A stretch of 35,626 nucleotides of DNA from a virus. Taxonomy: Duplodnaviria; Caudoviricetes. The stretch lies in IMG/VR virus record IMGVR_UViG_3300027707_000050, positions 1-35,626 of that record; one strand, written 5' to 3'. Every line of letters begins with the position of its first letter. The first letter of the stretch is position 1. The position numbers and the translations under genes were made by a program. Below, piece after piece: positions 1 through 8,924 of this stretch. The notes beneath the pieces were generated by a model that made no database searches, was not told where the DNA came from, and saw only the letters and a program-made list of their open reading frames with translations.

Positions 1-159
1 GCTAGGGGTCGTAAGCCTAAGAAAGCTACTGGTAAGTGGTCTACTCTCACCATACGGCTAACTGCTGAAGAGAAGAACATTCTCGTTGAGCGCTCTGAGA
101 ACTGGGGTTGCTCTATGACTGAGTACCTCATGCTCCTTATGAGGCGTGATGGGTCGTAA
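1..159 (+). CDS. 5'-truncated ribbon-helix-helix DNA-binding protein (not in ORF track)
   Basis: Frame 1 is open from base 1 to TAA at 157-159: ARGRKPKKATGKWSTLTIRLTAEEKNILVERSENWGCSMTEYLMLLMRRDGS. The strand LTIRL, helix, G-x-SMTEY helix pattern fits RHH/CopG-like proteins. It overlaps the start of the next gene. Confidence 0.7.
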   Translation, partial: ARGRKPKKATGKWSTLTIRLTAEEKNILVERSENWGCSMTEYLMLLMRRDGS

Positions 160-499
160 GGCAGAGTTCCCTCGGTATTCAGATAGAACGTACTCTCTGT
201 CGCTTCGCTGTTTGGGGCGTTTGAAACAAGACATCTTCAATGCCGCCGCCGATCAAGGCATAAGTATGAACCAGTGGGTGCTTATGGCAGTTCGCCGTAT
301 GTTGGATTCTAAAGAAGGTATTGCCCCTTCACCTACAGGACAGTATTCCCTTCCTGATTCTTATACCGAGTTACAAGCAGTCATTAACCGTGAGCCAGTT
401 CTTATGCCTTGCGGTAAACGTAAGGGTCGTTGTAAAGAGGACATCGTTGATCACGATGGTATTGGTATTTGCCTCACCTGTAATCTCAGAGCTTACTAG
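146..499 (+). CDS. Arc/HicB-like ribbon-helix-helix protein with C-terminal Cys cluster
   Basis: SLSLRC...LKQDIFNAAADQGISMNQWVLMAV matches the Arc/HicB RHH pattern. The C-terminal C-x6-C...CxxC may bind Zn. Start is GTG 146 or ATG 149. Confidence 0.7.
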   Translation: MMGRKAEFPRYSDRTYSLSLRCLGRLKQDIFNAAADQGISMNQWVLMAVRRMLDSKEGIAPSPTGQYSLPDSYTELQAVINREPVLMPCGKRKGRCKEDIVDHDGIGICLTCNLRAY

Positions 500-855
500 T
501 CACCCCATAGTTGTGCCAAGGTTGGTTTCACTGGTTTGATCCCCAATGCTTTTTGTTTCGCCGCCAGTTGCCTCGAGGTTAAACCTGCCCATACACCGTG
601 TATATCTGCTGTTGGATACTGAAGTGCATATGCTAAACATGGGGTCTTTACCGGACATTCGCGACAAAGTGCTCTTGCTTCTGCGATATACGTAATGTCC
701 TTGTGTTCTTTAGGGAACATCAAGTTTGTTTTACCTTTGCAAGCGGCTCTATCCATCCATTTGTTTCCACCTTTTGATTGCATAGCAGCAACCTTGACAT
801 AGTCAGTTGTGTACTCCGTAGATGATGTTACTTTAGTGTTTTTAGCCTTTGTCAT
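496..855 (-). CDS. whiB: WhiB family Fe-S transcription factor
   Basis: W..RAAC...ARALCRECPVKTPCLAYAL...GVWAGLT has the four WhiB cysteines and the G[V/I]WxG turn. Confidence 0.95.
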   Translation of the reverse strand: MTKAKNTKVTSSTEYTTDYVKVAAMQSKGGNKWMDRAACKGKTNLMFPKEHKDITYIAEARALCRECPVKTPCLAYALQYPTADIHGVWAGLTSRQLAAKQKALGIKPVKPTLAQLWGD

Positions 856-897
856 TTGATCTACAACCTAGTAGATGAGACAATGCTAAACGGGTAC

Positions 898-1557
898 CTA
901 CTTCTTTGTTGCTACCCTCTTGGTTGCTGCCTTCTTGGAAGGTCGCTCTGGGGCATCTTGAACGAGAACTTGATATGGCGCCGCCGTCCCTGGGTCATAT
1001 CGGCCAGCCACTGCAATTGCTTTGAGGGCTGCTTGCTTTGCTGTTCGCAGTCCAACCTTGCCACCGGAAGGCATTGCTGTAGCAAGTGACCCCAAGGCAA
1101 ACTGAGCACCAGAACCTATTGCATACACCCCAAAGGCATCACTAAGCCATGCATAGTCACCGTCGATAACGTATATCGTTCCGTTTATCGCCACCATAAT
1201 GATTGAACTCTGTTCTGCTTGGTGCACAGAACTTTCGGTGTGAGGGTTTGAATACCCTTCAATATCAAAACACACCCTCAATGACGGAATGAACTTGGTG
1301 GTTATGAAGTGATCAAGCTTCCTTCCCCTGAGTATTGTTGGTGGGGTTGGAGGATTGAACGAGTGGGTCAATATGTTTATCGCTCGCACATCGCCAGCAA
1401 CACCCATAAGGTATCTACCGTTTTGGGCAATCTTGAAGCCAATCTCTTTCAGGCTCATGGATTGCGTGGCTGTACCGTCGTAGTCAACCTCTGTTACACG
1501 CGAGTCAGCGCATATCACCGCATATGTATCACCCTGAATACCAATAATTGTAGTCAT
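898..1557 (-). CDS. Ntn-hydrolase threonine protease (HslV/proteasome beta-like)
   Basis: N-terminal M-TTIIG gives the Thr1 nucleophile. ADSR, a downstream Lys (FKI), GVAGD and AIGSGA are characteristic of T1 peptidases. Confidence 0.85.
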   Translation of the reverse strand: MTTIIGIQGDTYAVICADSRVTEVDYDGTATQSMSLKEIGFKIAQNGRYLMGVAGDVRAINILTHSFNPPTPPTILRGRKLDHFITTKFIPSLRVCFDIEGYSNPHTESSVHQAEQSSIIMVAINGTIYVIDGDYAWLSDAFGVYAIGSGAQFALGSLATAMPSGGKVGLRTAKQAALKAIAVAGRYDPGTAAPYQVLVQDAPERPSKKAATKRVATKK

Positions 1558-1560
1558 GGG

Positions 1561-1728
1561 TTAGTCTTCCCAGATGTCAAGGACTTTCTTGCCTGCTTCG
1601 GTTGATGCGTAAAGCCAGTCGCCGTCAGGTGTTATCCCGACTATCTCAACAAGACCCATGTCGCTCAGTTCCTGTAGTGCCTGAACAACCTCGTCATTTA
1701 CAGGCGTAGGAGGTTCGTACTCGCTCAT
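1561..1728 (-). CDS. small winged-helix-like hypothetical protein
   Basis: Likely start MSEY (ATG at 1728) overlaps the upstream TGA stop. ALQELSDMGLVEIV...Y..TEAGK resembles a wHTH recognition helix and wing. Confidence 0.6.
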   Translation of the reverse strand: MSEYEPPTPVNDEVVQALQELSDMGLVEIVGITPDGDWLYASTEAGKKVLDIWED

Positions 1729-2918
1729 GCTGCGTACTCCTTGCCTTGTCGCATTGCCCAGCCACCGTAGATTGGGATGCACTCATAGGTGAATTTGGCT
1801 TCGCCCTCTTTTTCGTAGGTGACCACACCAAGACCTTGTTGCCAGTTCTCATGGCGAGTGAGCGGTCGTCCGTCAAGATCCACACCGCCTCTGGTCGAGG
1901 GAATGGCACCATCGATGCGAGCAAGACAACCTGGACTTGCAGCCATGATGGTTCTTGGGCCGTCATAGTCTTCTCTAGTTTTGTACGCAGTCTCAATCCT
2001 GTGAATGTGTCCGTAGATGACGGAAGTCTTTTCTTGGTTAAGATATACGTGGGCAGTCGATCCACCGGACTTGACTCGGTCGCCGTGGATAACTCTCAGT
2101 TTTTCGTTTAGCCAGTAGTCAGCAGCTGGGTATCCAGGCTTGTAGGTGATGTTGTACTCGTCCATTCGTACGAGGAATGGCACCGAAAGCACTGGCCAAG
2201 ACTCTGGTTGGTTGGCTCGCTTGAGTCCATATGCCGCCATTGCATTGGTAGCAAGGTACTTAGGCATGCGTTCTTCGTGGTTTCCTGCCAACCATGTGAT
2301 GGTTGCATCGGGTGCTACCTTGCGTAACTGAGCACACAACAGCGCGGCACGGTCAATCGAAGCCTGCGTGGTTTGCTGGTAGGTGGGGTAACAGAGATAC
2401 TTGCCCATCTCAGGAAGGTCTAAGTTGTCGCCAACCAATACAACTTCGTCTGGATCAATGTCGGCAATCATCGCCAAAGCCACCGATATGGCCGCTTCGT
2501 CGTGAGTTGGCTCAAGGGTTCCATCAACTCCTCGGTAGAAACCGATTTGTATATCAGGCACAATTACGGCAGTTCGGAAGCTAGTGCCCTTCCGGACTTT
2601 TGTCGTCGCTTTTGGTATCGTGTAACTAGGACCAGGAACGATTACAGGCCACTTAGGACCACTGTCCCACGAGGGCACGAACTGAACGGCTGTGAGATCG
2701 ACGATCTGTGGTTCGCCTTCCTCACTTTTGACCACCGTTTGGTAGAACGACACCCTTTTGAGGTCACCTACCTCTGCTGGGTCAATACCACGCTTCTCAA
2801 ATAGTTCAGCTATGGCTTGAACATTCTTGCCACGTATCCCTTTGTCGTCTATCTCTTTGACTTCTTTTGCCAAGAGTTCAGCAACACGGCTTGAATTTAC
2901 TTTGTCTGTGTTCGGCAT
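1725..2918 (-). CDS. calcineurin-like metallophosphoesterase
   Basis: Motifs PDIQ, GDNLD, GNHE, HGD and GHIHR occur in the canonical order. Likely start MPNTDK at 2918; the ORF extends to 2945. Confidence 0.9.
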   Translation of the reverse strand: MPNTDKVNSSRVAELLAKEVKEIDDKGIRGKNVQAIAELFEKRGIDPAEVGDLKRVSFYQTVVKSEEGEPQIVDLTAVQFVPSWDSGPKWPVIVPGPSYTIPKATTKVRKGTSFRTAVIVPDIQIGFYRGVDGTLEPTHDEAAISVALAMIADIDPDEVVLVGDNLDLPEMGKYLCYPTYQQTTQASIDRAALLCAQLRKVAPDATITWLAGNHEERMPKYLATNAMAAYGLKRANQPESWPVLSVPFLVRMDEYNITYKPGYPAADYWLNEKLRVIHGDRVKSGGSTAHVYLNQEKTSVIYGHIHRIETAYKTREDYDGPRTIMAASPGCLARIDGAIPSTRGGVDLDGRPLTRHENWQQGLGVVTYEKEGEAKFTYECIPIYGGWAMRQGKEYAA

Positions 2919-3169
2919 AAGCACTTCTCCGATTCTGTATAGCACTTACGCTTCTCGGCAAGAAAAATCCTATTTACTTTGTGTCCGCCACCATCAAGTA
3001 TTCTGACTATCTTACTGGTGGGTAGGTTGCTTCTTAGTGCGGCCCCCAAGGCGACCTGTTCTTCGTCTGACAGAGCACTCAGCACGGTTTGAAACCTGCA
3101 AGTTTTCTCTTCATTGATAGCGCCTAACAGAAGTTCGGCTAGTGATGTATCCTTGCTATTACTTGGCAT
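2897..3169 (-). CDS. hypothetical protein, possible HTH with Cys ligands
   Basis: Start is probably MPSNSK (3169). Helical protein with C...C-x7-CxC, overlapping the phosphoesterase start. Confidence 0.6.
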   Translation of the reverse strand: MPSNSKDTSLAELLLGAINEEKTCRFQTVLSALSDEEQVALGAALRSNLPTSKIVRILDGGGHKVNRIFLAEKRKCYTESEKCLCRTQTK

Positions 3170-3245
3170 ATACAAGCCCCTTACATGTGGTTGGTCATTT
3201 TCCCCGCTTGTCCTAAACAATAACACATCAAGTGTTTAGACACGG

Positions 3246-3584
3246 TTACCTGTTTTGTATTTGTAGCCAAGATCCAAAAACATCATCATTTCTCGGTATC
3301 ACCCATATTTGCATGAGTTCAATGTCTTCAAAATCACCGACATTGGTCCAACATAATGTTATGGGGCTCGTAGCAGGACACGACCCAACATTGCAGTCAA
3401 GGCCGTAGCGGTTGATAAACGTCTCAACAATACAACCATGACGAGGATGGCGACATGGCTTGGTGGGATCGTTGCTATGCGGGCAATTAATACTCGTGAC
3501 TTTTAGTTCGGGTCCAATGATTTGTACGGTCATCCAATGACCGTCGTCGTGCCAATTCATGTTGGCTTCGTTCAGAATGCTCAC
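3246..3584 (-). CDS. hypothetical Cys/His-containing protein
   Basis: 112-aa ORF that tiles with its neighbours. GTG start 6 nt after a TAATAT hexamer. Confidence 0.65.
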   Translation of the reverse strand: MSILNEANMNWHDDGHWMTVQIIGPELKVTSINCPHSNDPTKPCRHPRHGCIVETFINRYGLDCNVGSCPATSPITLCWTNVGDFEDIELMQIWVIPRNDDVFGSWLQIQNR

Positions 3585-3593
3585 GAAAGTATA

Positions 3594-3776
3594 TTAGTCG
3601 GTTCGCTTATCCTTTTTGCCATGAAGGTCATGGGTGCGAAGGGGGTGACCAGAAGGGAGTCTTGAACGACGCTTTCCAGCCTTGGTTCCAGTGATTGTTT
3701 CAACCGAACCAGTAGTAGGGTTTAGTCGTTCTCGTTGCTGAGAGCCTTTAGCTGACTTGTTTTTTTGCTTACCCAT
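3594..3776 (-). CDS. small basic hypothetical protein
   Basis: 60 aa, K/R-rich, fills the gap between same-strand neighbours. Confidence 0.6.
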   Translation of the reverse strand: MGKQKNKSAKGSQQRERLNPTTGSVETITGTKAGKRRSRLPSGHPLRTHDLHGKKDKRTD

Positions 3777-3779
3777 AAA

Positions 3780-4127
3780 CTAGGGCTTACTTTTTCGGCG
3801 CTTAATAGGGGCTGGTTCATTGAGGTTTTGGGGGCTTGTATATCTAGCAACTTCCAACTCAGCGTGGGAAGCGAGGTGTTCAAATAAAACCTTGTCCTGT
3901 AAGGCATTGGCATTTTCAAGACGATTGATGTGTATGGTTAGATTGCTTTCAACCCTGTCCAACGAGCGCCCAAGGCCGCTACCCATGGTTTCAATTCGAC
4001 CTACTAGTGACTCGTGTTCTTTAGTGTTTAGTGCCCACCGTTGATCGTCGGTACGTGTGCGGCGCTCAACAATCGCAACAACAACAAGGGAAATAGCACC
4101 TACGGCGGCTGCGACTATTTCGATCAT
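3780..4127 (-). CDS. membrane protein with N-terminal TM helix and coiled coil (lysis-cassette associated)
   Basis: MIEIVAAAVGAISLVVVAIV TM segment followed by a heptad-like helix. Directly downstream of the endolysin. Confidence 0.7.
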   Translation of the reverse strand: MIEIVAAAVGAISLVVVAIVERRTRTDDQRWALNTKEHESLVGRIETMGSGLGRSLDRVESNLTIHINRLENANALQDKVLFEHLASHAELEVARYTSPQNLNEPAPIKRRKSKP

Positions 4128-4130
4128 GTT

Positions 4131-4952
4131 CTATAAACCGATACCAAGGTCATCAAGAACTCGCTTGCCAGCCTTGTCCCCAGGTCCGTAACCCTTTGCC
4201 GTCTTGTATGCAACCACGGCCGCAACCGTCTTTGGTCCAAACTGTCCATCTGGTGCGCCTTTGTAAAAACCACGCTCTGCAAGTTCTTCTTGTAGTTTCG
4301 TTACTCGTGGACCACTGTCGCCTGGGTCAAGATCGCCCCCATCGTCTTTGGTGGCTGTAGAAGTAGCAGATGCGATGTCGGGTGTCGCACCTGCCACCGG
4401 AGCCGAGATGCCACTTGCTGACATGTGCTCGGCAACGGCTGCTGGAGGGTTATCGCCCTCTGTATACCTTAAATGCCATGGTTCTTCTGGCACCACTTCC
4501 CAAGAGAATCCAAATTTGCGCACATTGGCAATAAGCCAATTCAAACGCTTTGGTTCTCCGGCAGAGTGAACATCGACAGCGAGTCCGCTGTTATGTTGCG
4601 ATGTGCCCGGTGCGGCAAGACTCGCAAGTTTTTCTTCCTTTTTATACCACTTCTTTCCCTCAAAAGTTCTAGTTGAGTTTCCGTTCGGAGTGGTTGTGTA
4701 GCGCGTTTTAAAAGCTGAAAGTTGCGACTCATAGGTTCGATACATGTCTGCCGAGGAAGTCGGTTTTAGTTCGATGCCATCTGCTTTTGCTGCCGCAACC
4801 ATTGCACCCCATGCAGCGTTGGCCAACCAATGAAGTTTCCCGCCACCAACCGATGGTCGCAAAAGACTGTCTGGAAGTTTCCCAGGAGCGATGCCCTTGA
4901 GGTCTTTTGGCTGTTTGACAGGAACGATTATGTTCCAAGCAACTTTGCTCAT
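4131..4952 (-). CDS. endolysin: M15B/VanY-type D,D-peptidase plus peptidoglycan-binding domain
   Basis: YRTYESQ, APGTSQHNSGLAVD (SxH-x6-D) and EPWH. The C-terminal GDSGPRVTKLQEEL...DGQFGPKTVAAVVAY is PG_binding_1-like. Confidence 0.92.
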   Translation of the reverse strand: MSKVAWNIIVPVKQPKDLKGIAPGKLPDSLLRPSVGGGKLHWLANAAWGAMVAAAKADGIELKPTSSADMYRTYESQLSAFKTRYTTTPNGNSTRTFEGKKWYKKEEKLASLAAPGTSQHNSGLAVDVHSAGEPKRLNWLIANVRKFGFSWEVVPEEPWHLRYTEGDNPPAAVAEHMSASGISAPVAGATPDIASATSTATKDDGGDLDPGDSGPRVTKLQEELAERGFYKGAPDGQFGPKTVAAVVAYKTAKGYGPGDKAGKRVLDDLGIGL

Positions 4953-5197
4953 TTTGAATCCTTGTCTTTTCCGTCAACCTTGTTGAATACATCATTGATC
5001 TCTGCAAGAGTGAGTTTTCCATCGTCCAAGAAAGACCTTGATAAACCCTCTACAACAAAGGCCACTCCTGCTATACCTGCCATAAAGCAAGCCTTCCAAA
5101 TGGGGACTCCAGCGATTGCTCCAGCACCAATAACCCCTAGACCAGAAGCAGCAAAAGTAGCAAGAATCCTAAGTAATACATTTTGTATTTGCGCCAT
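4949..5197 (-). CDS. putative holin
   Basis: 82 aa with two TM helices and a charged C-terminus. Its stop overlaps the endolysin start (ATGA). Confidence 0.75.
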   Translation of the reverse strand: MAQIQNVLLRILATFAASGLGVIGAGAIAGVPIWKACFMAGIAGVAFVVEGLSRSFLDDGKLTLAEINDVFNKVDGKDKDSK

Positions 5198-5198
5198 T

Positions 5199-8100
5199 TC
5201 ATTCAGGCTCTTTCATATGGAGATACAGAGCGCCAACAAGGGCTAATGCCGAGGAGATACCAGCAATTTTTTGGATACTTCCCGAAAGGGTCAGATAAAC
5301 AATCAATGAACCCGAGATGGTGAAGCCAAGGTTGATCAGACCGTAACTGAATTTTTTCATAGCCATACCCCAGTCTAAAACTCGTACTCCACTATTATAC
5401 CTAAAAATGCTCATGTTCTTTATCCACTCCAGTCCATCCCATGCAATTTCTCCACTCATTTCCTCTTCTTCATTTCTGCGAGCCGCAACATCGCCACCTG
5501 CCGACGCAGGGCCGCCAGAACCACCAGAACTGCTTCCAGTGCCACTAGAAGGACCGTTGGGGCCAGAGGAAGGGGAAAGTGCACCAGAGGCTCCTATCGC
5601 CCCAACAATGGCCGTGGCTGCCCCAACAGCAAGAACCGTTCTACGATCACCGACATCAATCTTGGAACCTAAAGCGACATAGGTGTCAAACACGCCAGCG
5701 AACACGTTGATTTCTTCTTCAAAAGATTCTTTTACATCGGTTGGTGCGTCCGCAAGTGCCTCGGCAATCTGTGCACCTGCTTCTTCCGAGACCTCGGCAA
5801 CAACGACCGCATCAAACACTGCCGTTGCTTGTTCACTGTCAATGCTTTCAAGCACCTTGGCGCTTGTTGCCAGTTCTGTGGCTTGGTCACTATTGACACC
5901 CCCATCCTGGCTGACAATTAAATCAACCACTTGTGATACCTGGTTATTTGTAATTGACTCTGACTCAAGGACATCAACGATGACACCGACTGATTCGGCA
6001 TTTAATTCATTACCCAAGACGGCAGTAAAGGTTTCAACCAAAACTTCGGTGCTTACTTCTTCGTCAAAGACCGCACCAAGAACAGAGCCCAATAACTCTG
6101 CTGTGAGTTCGTCCTTCAAAACATCGACGATGAGGTCAATGGTTTCTGCATCCGAGAGGTCACTGTCAAACACGTTGTCAAACACTGCTTCTGCTTCTGA
6201 CTTGCTCAGAGTCGTTTGAAGCAAGTCTCCAAGTACAGCTTTTGTGTCCTCGGCAGAAATGTCTTCGTCAAAGACCGCACCCATTACTTTTGAAATATCC
6301 CCACCACTTGCTGGACCATCAAAGATTGAACTGAGTGCAGAAACCATGGCTTCAGGAGATGTTGTTTTTGAGAATGCGGCATCAAGAACTTTGTCAAACT
6401 CTTTATCACTCAATTCGGCATCAAGCATTGTTGTTAGTGCTTCGGTGAAAACTTCGTCAGATACATCTTCGGAGAACACCGCATCAAGAACCTTTGTGAA
6501 TTCTTTATCGCTTAAGTCGGCTCCCAGGAATGAATCAATAACAGCACCAACATCTGCACCTGGTTCGTCAAGTGAACCAAGGGTTGCATCTACGACTGCG
6601 TCAAACTGCTTGCCAGTCAAATCGGCGTCAAGGAGTCCATCAAGAACTTCAGTCATTTCCTCTGTTGATGCACCTGGAGTGAATGCAGTATCTAAAATAC
6701 CCGCAAGTTCTCCTGTAGATATTGCTTCTCCTGCTTCTGGGAGGGTAACCTCATCTGATGGAATTATTACTACTACCGTTCCGGGTTCTGTTCCAACTGG
6801 TGGAATTACTATTGCTGGCAATTCGATTCCAGGTAATGTTCCTACAGGAAGCGTCACCGTTGTGGATTCTGTCTCAGGTTCTGGGTATTGCGGGAGTGGC
6901 ACTGTTGTACCGTTTGGGGGAGTCACGACGACAGGAACGACGCTCGTACTGGTCGTCCCAGTATCAACAGGTGGAATAACAACAACTGGCGGTACATAAA
7001 CAGTAGTAGTTACTACTGGCGGAACATAAACAGGCACAGCGATAGTCGTAGTAGTCGTAGTAGTAGAAGTAGTTGTAGTACTGGTTGTAGTAGTAGAAGA
7101 AGTAGTAGTTACTGGAGTTGGGTCAACAACGGTTGCATCAACAGTTACTTCAGGACCGTACACACATGGACCTACGCCTGCATTAGAAAAGCAACTTTGA
7201 TTTCCCGCTTTGATACCAAAACGAACAGGTCCGTATCCAGTCGTGACGGGATTACTTCCAGAGAACATTCCAGTGCTTAACGAGTAGTTGGTTCCTTGAT
7301 TAGTCCAAACTCCCCAGCCGCCTGACGTGGCTCCACCAATCACGGTTAGGTCATAGAAACTAACCGAGTAAGCGTAGATGGCGGTATTACTTGCCGCCGA
7401 CGTATCCCAGTCAAGGTCAACACTTCCGTCTGCGTTTGCAACAGCCGTCAGGTTTGTGACCGCATTAAGATATGCCGCAGTGACCGTGATTGATGCAGCC
7501 GAGTTTGCTGTTAGTGAACCAATTGAATTGGTCTTAGTTACGGCTACTCGTATTTGTTTTGCAACATCATCTGAAATAATTACATATGTTGAAGATGTTG
7601 CGCCAGATATATTTGTCCAAGTACACGAAGCAGGAGTACATGATTGCCACTGATAAGTTGTCGCAGTTATAGCAGCGCCACCGTCACCCCAAGTTCCATC
7701 GACTGCGGTCAAAGTATTTCCGGATGCAACAGTTCCGGACATTGATGTTCCACCAGATGTTGTTGGAGCCGTAGACCCTGCAACGAGAGTGAACGACTGG
7801 CTCACCGTGGCTGCTGCTACATATGAGTTATTAGAAGAACTATTTGCCGAGATGGTGCAGGTTCCTGTTTGACTAGCCAACACCGTCACTGTCGCAGTTG
7901 AAGTTCCACCGCTATCGGTTGATGAACCAACGGTGCACTTGCCTGTAGTGATCGATGTAAACGTAACCGATAACCCAGAAGTGGCAGTCGCTGAAACGGT
8001 AAATGTCTGGTTTGATGAAGAAGTGACTATGTCGGCAGGCTGAGCAAAGGTAATAGTGTTCGCGCTGGCTACAGATATTGCTGAGTCAATATACATTGAC

Positions 8101-8831
8101 GCACCAAGGGCTTTACCGCCAGTTGCATCATAGGAACCATTCACAAACCTGAATCTGTAATAACCATTAGATGGAACTACTCCGGTAGACGTAACCCAGC
8201 CCTGGTTTTGCCCACGTCCGTATGAAACTAGGGTTGAAGTAGCACTAGAGCCATAGTCATATGTGTTCCCGCTTGCCGAAACCTGAACCAAGTATCCATA
8301 CGCTTCGTAGTCATCCCAACCACCAGCAGCAGCCCAGTCAAAAGAAATTGATTGATTCGCTGTGGCAGGAAACGGCTCTGTCCATACTTCTGGTCCAAAC
8401 GCCGAACCGAATGTTCCGTGACCGTTACAAGTGTTGCCATAGGAAATCTGACCCGAAGACTGGAGGCGAATTACTCCACTACGTCCAGAATATGTTTGTC
8501 CTGTAGATGTGGTGTAAGACAAGGTCTGGGTAGGCGATTCTTGACCTTCGTACAACTGCTCCGTTTGCGTGTAGTTCTTGTCGGTTACATAGGAGTATGA
8601 ACTGTTAGAACTGGCGTCGGTGCCGGTCATTGTGTACGGACCAATCCCCTGCTTGCCTAGAACTGCACATTGGGTTCGGCTTGCCAATGAACCTAGGGTT
8701 ACCTTTGCTGCCGCAGTTGACTCAAAAACAGGCGACAATGCCTTAACTGGCGAATACACACCAAGAATTGACATTAGGGTCAATGAGACTACTGATACAA
8801 TAGGGAATAGACGCCGTAGCGAGAAATTCAA
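5199..8831 (-). CDS. large secreted/membrane-anchored surface protein (beta-rich, Ig/FN3-like domains, Thr/Pro linker, acidic helical repeats, C-terminal TMs)
   Basis: Signal-peptide-like RRLFPIVSVVSLTLMSILGVYSPVKA and Ig-like TYQWQ...STY...D..KQIRVAVT..N..GS. Three hydrophobic C-terminal segments. Likely TTG start at 8831 after GAGAGGGG; the ORF extends to 8876. Confidence 0.85.
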   Translation of the reverse strand: MNFSLRRLFPIVSVVSLTLMSILGVYSPVKALSPVFESTAAAKVTLGSLASRTQCAVLGKQGIGPYTMTGTDASSNSSYSYVTDKNYTQTEQLYEGQESPTQTLSYTTSTGQTYSGRSGVIRLQSSGQISYGNTCNGHGTFGSAFGPEVWTEPFPATANQSISFDWAAAGGWDDYEAYGYLVQVSASGNTYDYGSSATSTLVSYGRGQNQGWVTSTGVVPSNGYYRFRFVNGSYDATGGKALGASMYIDSAISVASANTITFAQPADIVTSSSNQTFTVSATATSGLSVTFTSITTGKCTVGSSTDSGGTSTATVTVLASQTGTCTISANSSSNNSYVAAATVSQSFTLVAGSTAPTTSGGTSMSGTVASGNTLTAVDGTWGDGGAAITATTYQWQSCTPASCTWTNISGATSSTYVIISDDVAKQIRVAVTKTNSIGSLTANSAASITVTAAYLNAVTNLTAVANADGSVDLDWDTSAASNTAIYAYSVSFYDLTVIGGATSGGWGVWTNQGTNYSLSTGMFSGSNPVTTGYGPVRFGIKAGNQSCFSNAGVGPCVYGPEVTVDATVVDPTPVTTTSSTTTTSTTTTSTTTTTTTIAVPVYVPPVVTTTVYVPPVVVIPPVDTGTTSTSVVPVVVTPPNGTTVPLPQYPEPETESTTVTLPVGTLPGIELPAIVIPPVGTEPGTVVVIIPSDEVTLPEAGEAISTGELAGILDTAFTPGASTEEMTEVLDGLLDADLTGKQFDAVVDATLGSLDEPGADVGAVIDSFLGADLSDKEFTKVLDAVFSEDVSDEVFTEALTTMLDAELSDKEFDKVLDAAFSKTTSPEAMVSALSSIFDGPASGGDISKVMGAVFDEDISAEDTKAVLGDLLQTTLSKSEAEAVFDNVFDSDLSDAETIDLIVDVLKDELTAELLGSVLGAVFDEEVSTEVLVETFTAVLGNELNAESVGVIVDVLESESITNNQVSQVVDLIVSQDGGVNSDQATELATSAKVLESIDSEQATAVFDAVVVAEVSEEAGAQIAEALADAPTDVKESFEEEINVFAGVFDTYVALGSKIDVGDRRTVLAVGAATAIVGAIGASGALSPSSGPNGPSSGTGSSSGGSGGPASAGGDVAARRNEEEEMSGEIAWDGLEWIKNMSIFRYNSGVRVLDWGMAMKKFSYGLINLGFTISGSLIVYLTLSGSIQKIAGISSALALVGALYLHMKEPE
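7043..7113. repeat. imperfect (GTA)n trinucleotide tract encoding poly-Thr linker
   Basis: gtagtcgtagtagtagaagtagttgtagta... encodes TTTSSTTTTSTTTTSTTTTTTT on the minus strand. Confidence 0.85.
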
Positions 8832-8861
8832 AACTTGCCCCTCTCTGAATTTCGTTACAGA

Positions 8862-8873
8862 TATTATGACATA
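8862..8873. promoter_or_regulatory. 12-bp motif TATTATGACATA in divergent promoter region (copy 1)
   Basis: An identical copy is at 24971-24982, also between divergent genes. The minus strand reads TATGTCATAATA (CATAAT, -10-like). Confidence 0.55.
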
Positions 8874-8924
8874 CAAGTGCTTGTGGGACAGAAAAAACTA
8901 ATGTAGGGTTTATCGGAGGTTAAA

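Noticed and set aside
1694-2804. Alternative ORFs within the metallophosphoesterase gene
   Set aside because: Fully overlap a gene with a complete motif set.
5407-7653. Long plus-strand ORFs (e.g. 5683..6219, 6244..6999)
   Set aside because: Antisense shadows of the repetitive surface-protein gene. Ser/Thr-rich, with no independent motifs.
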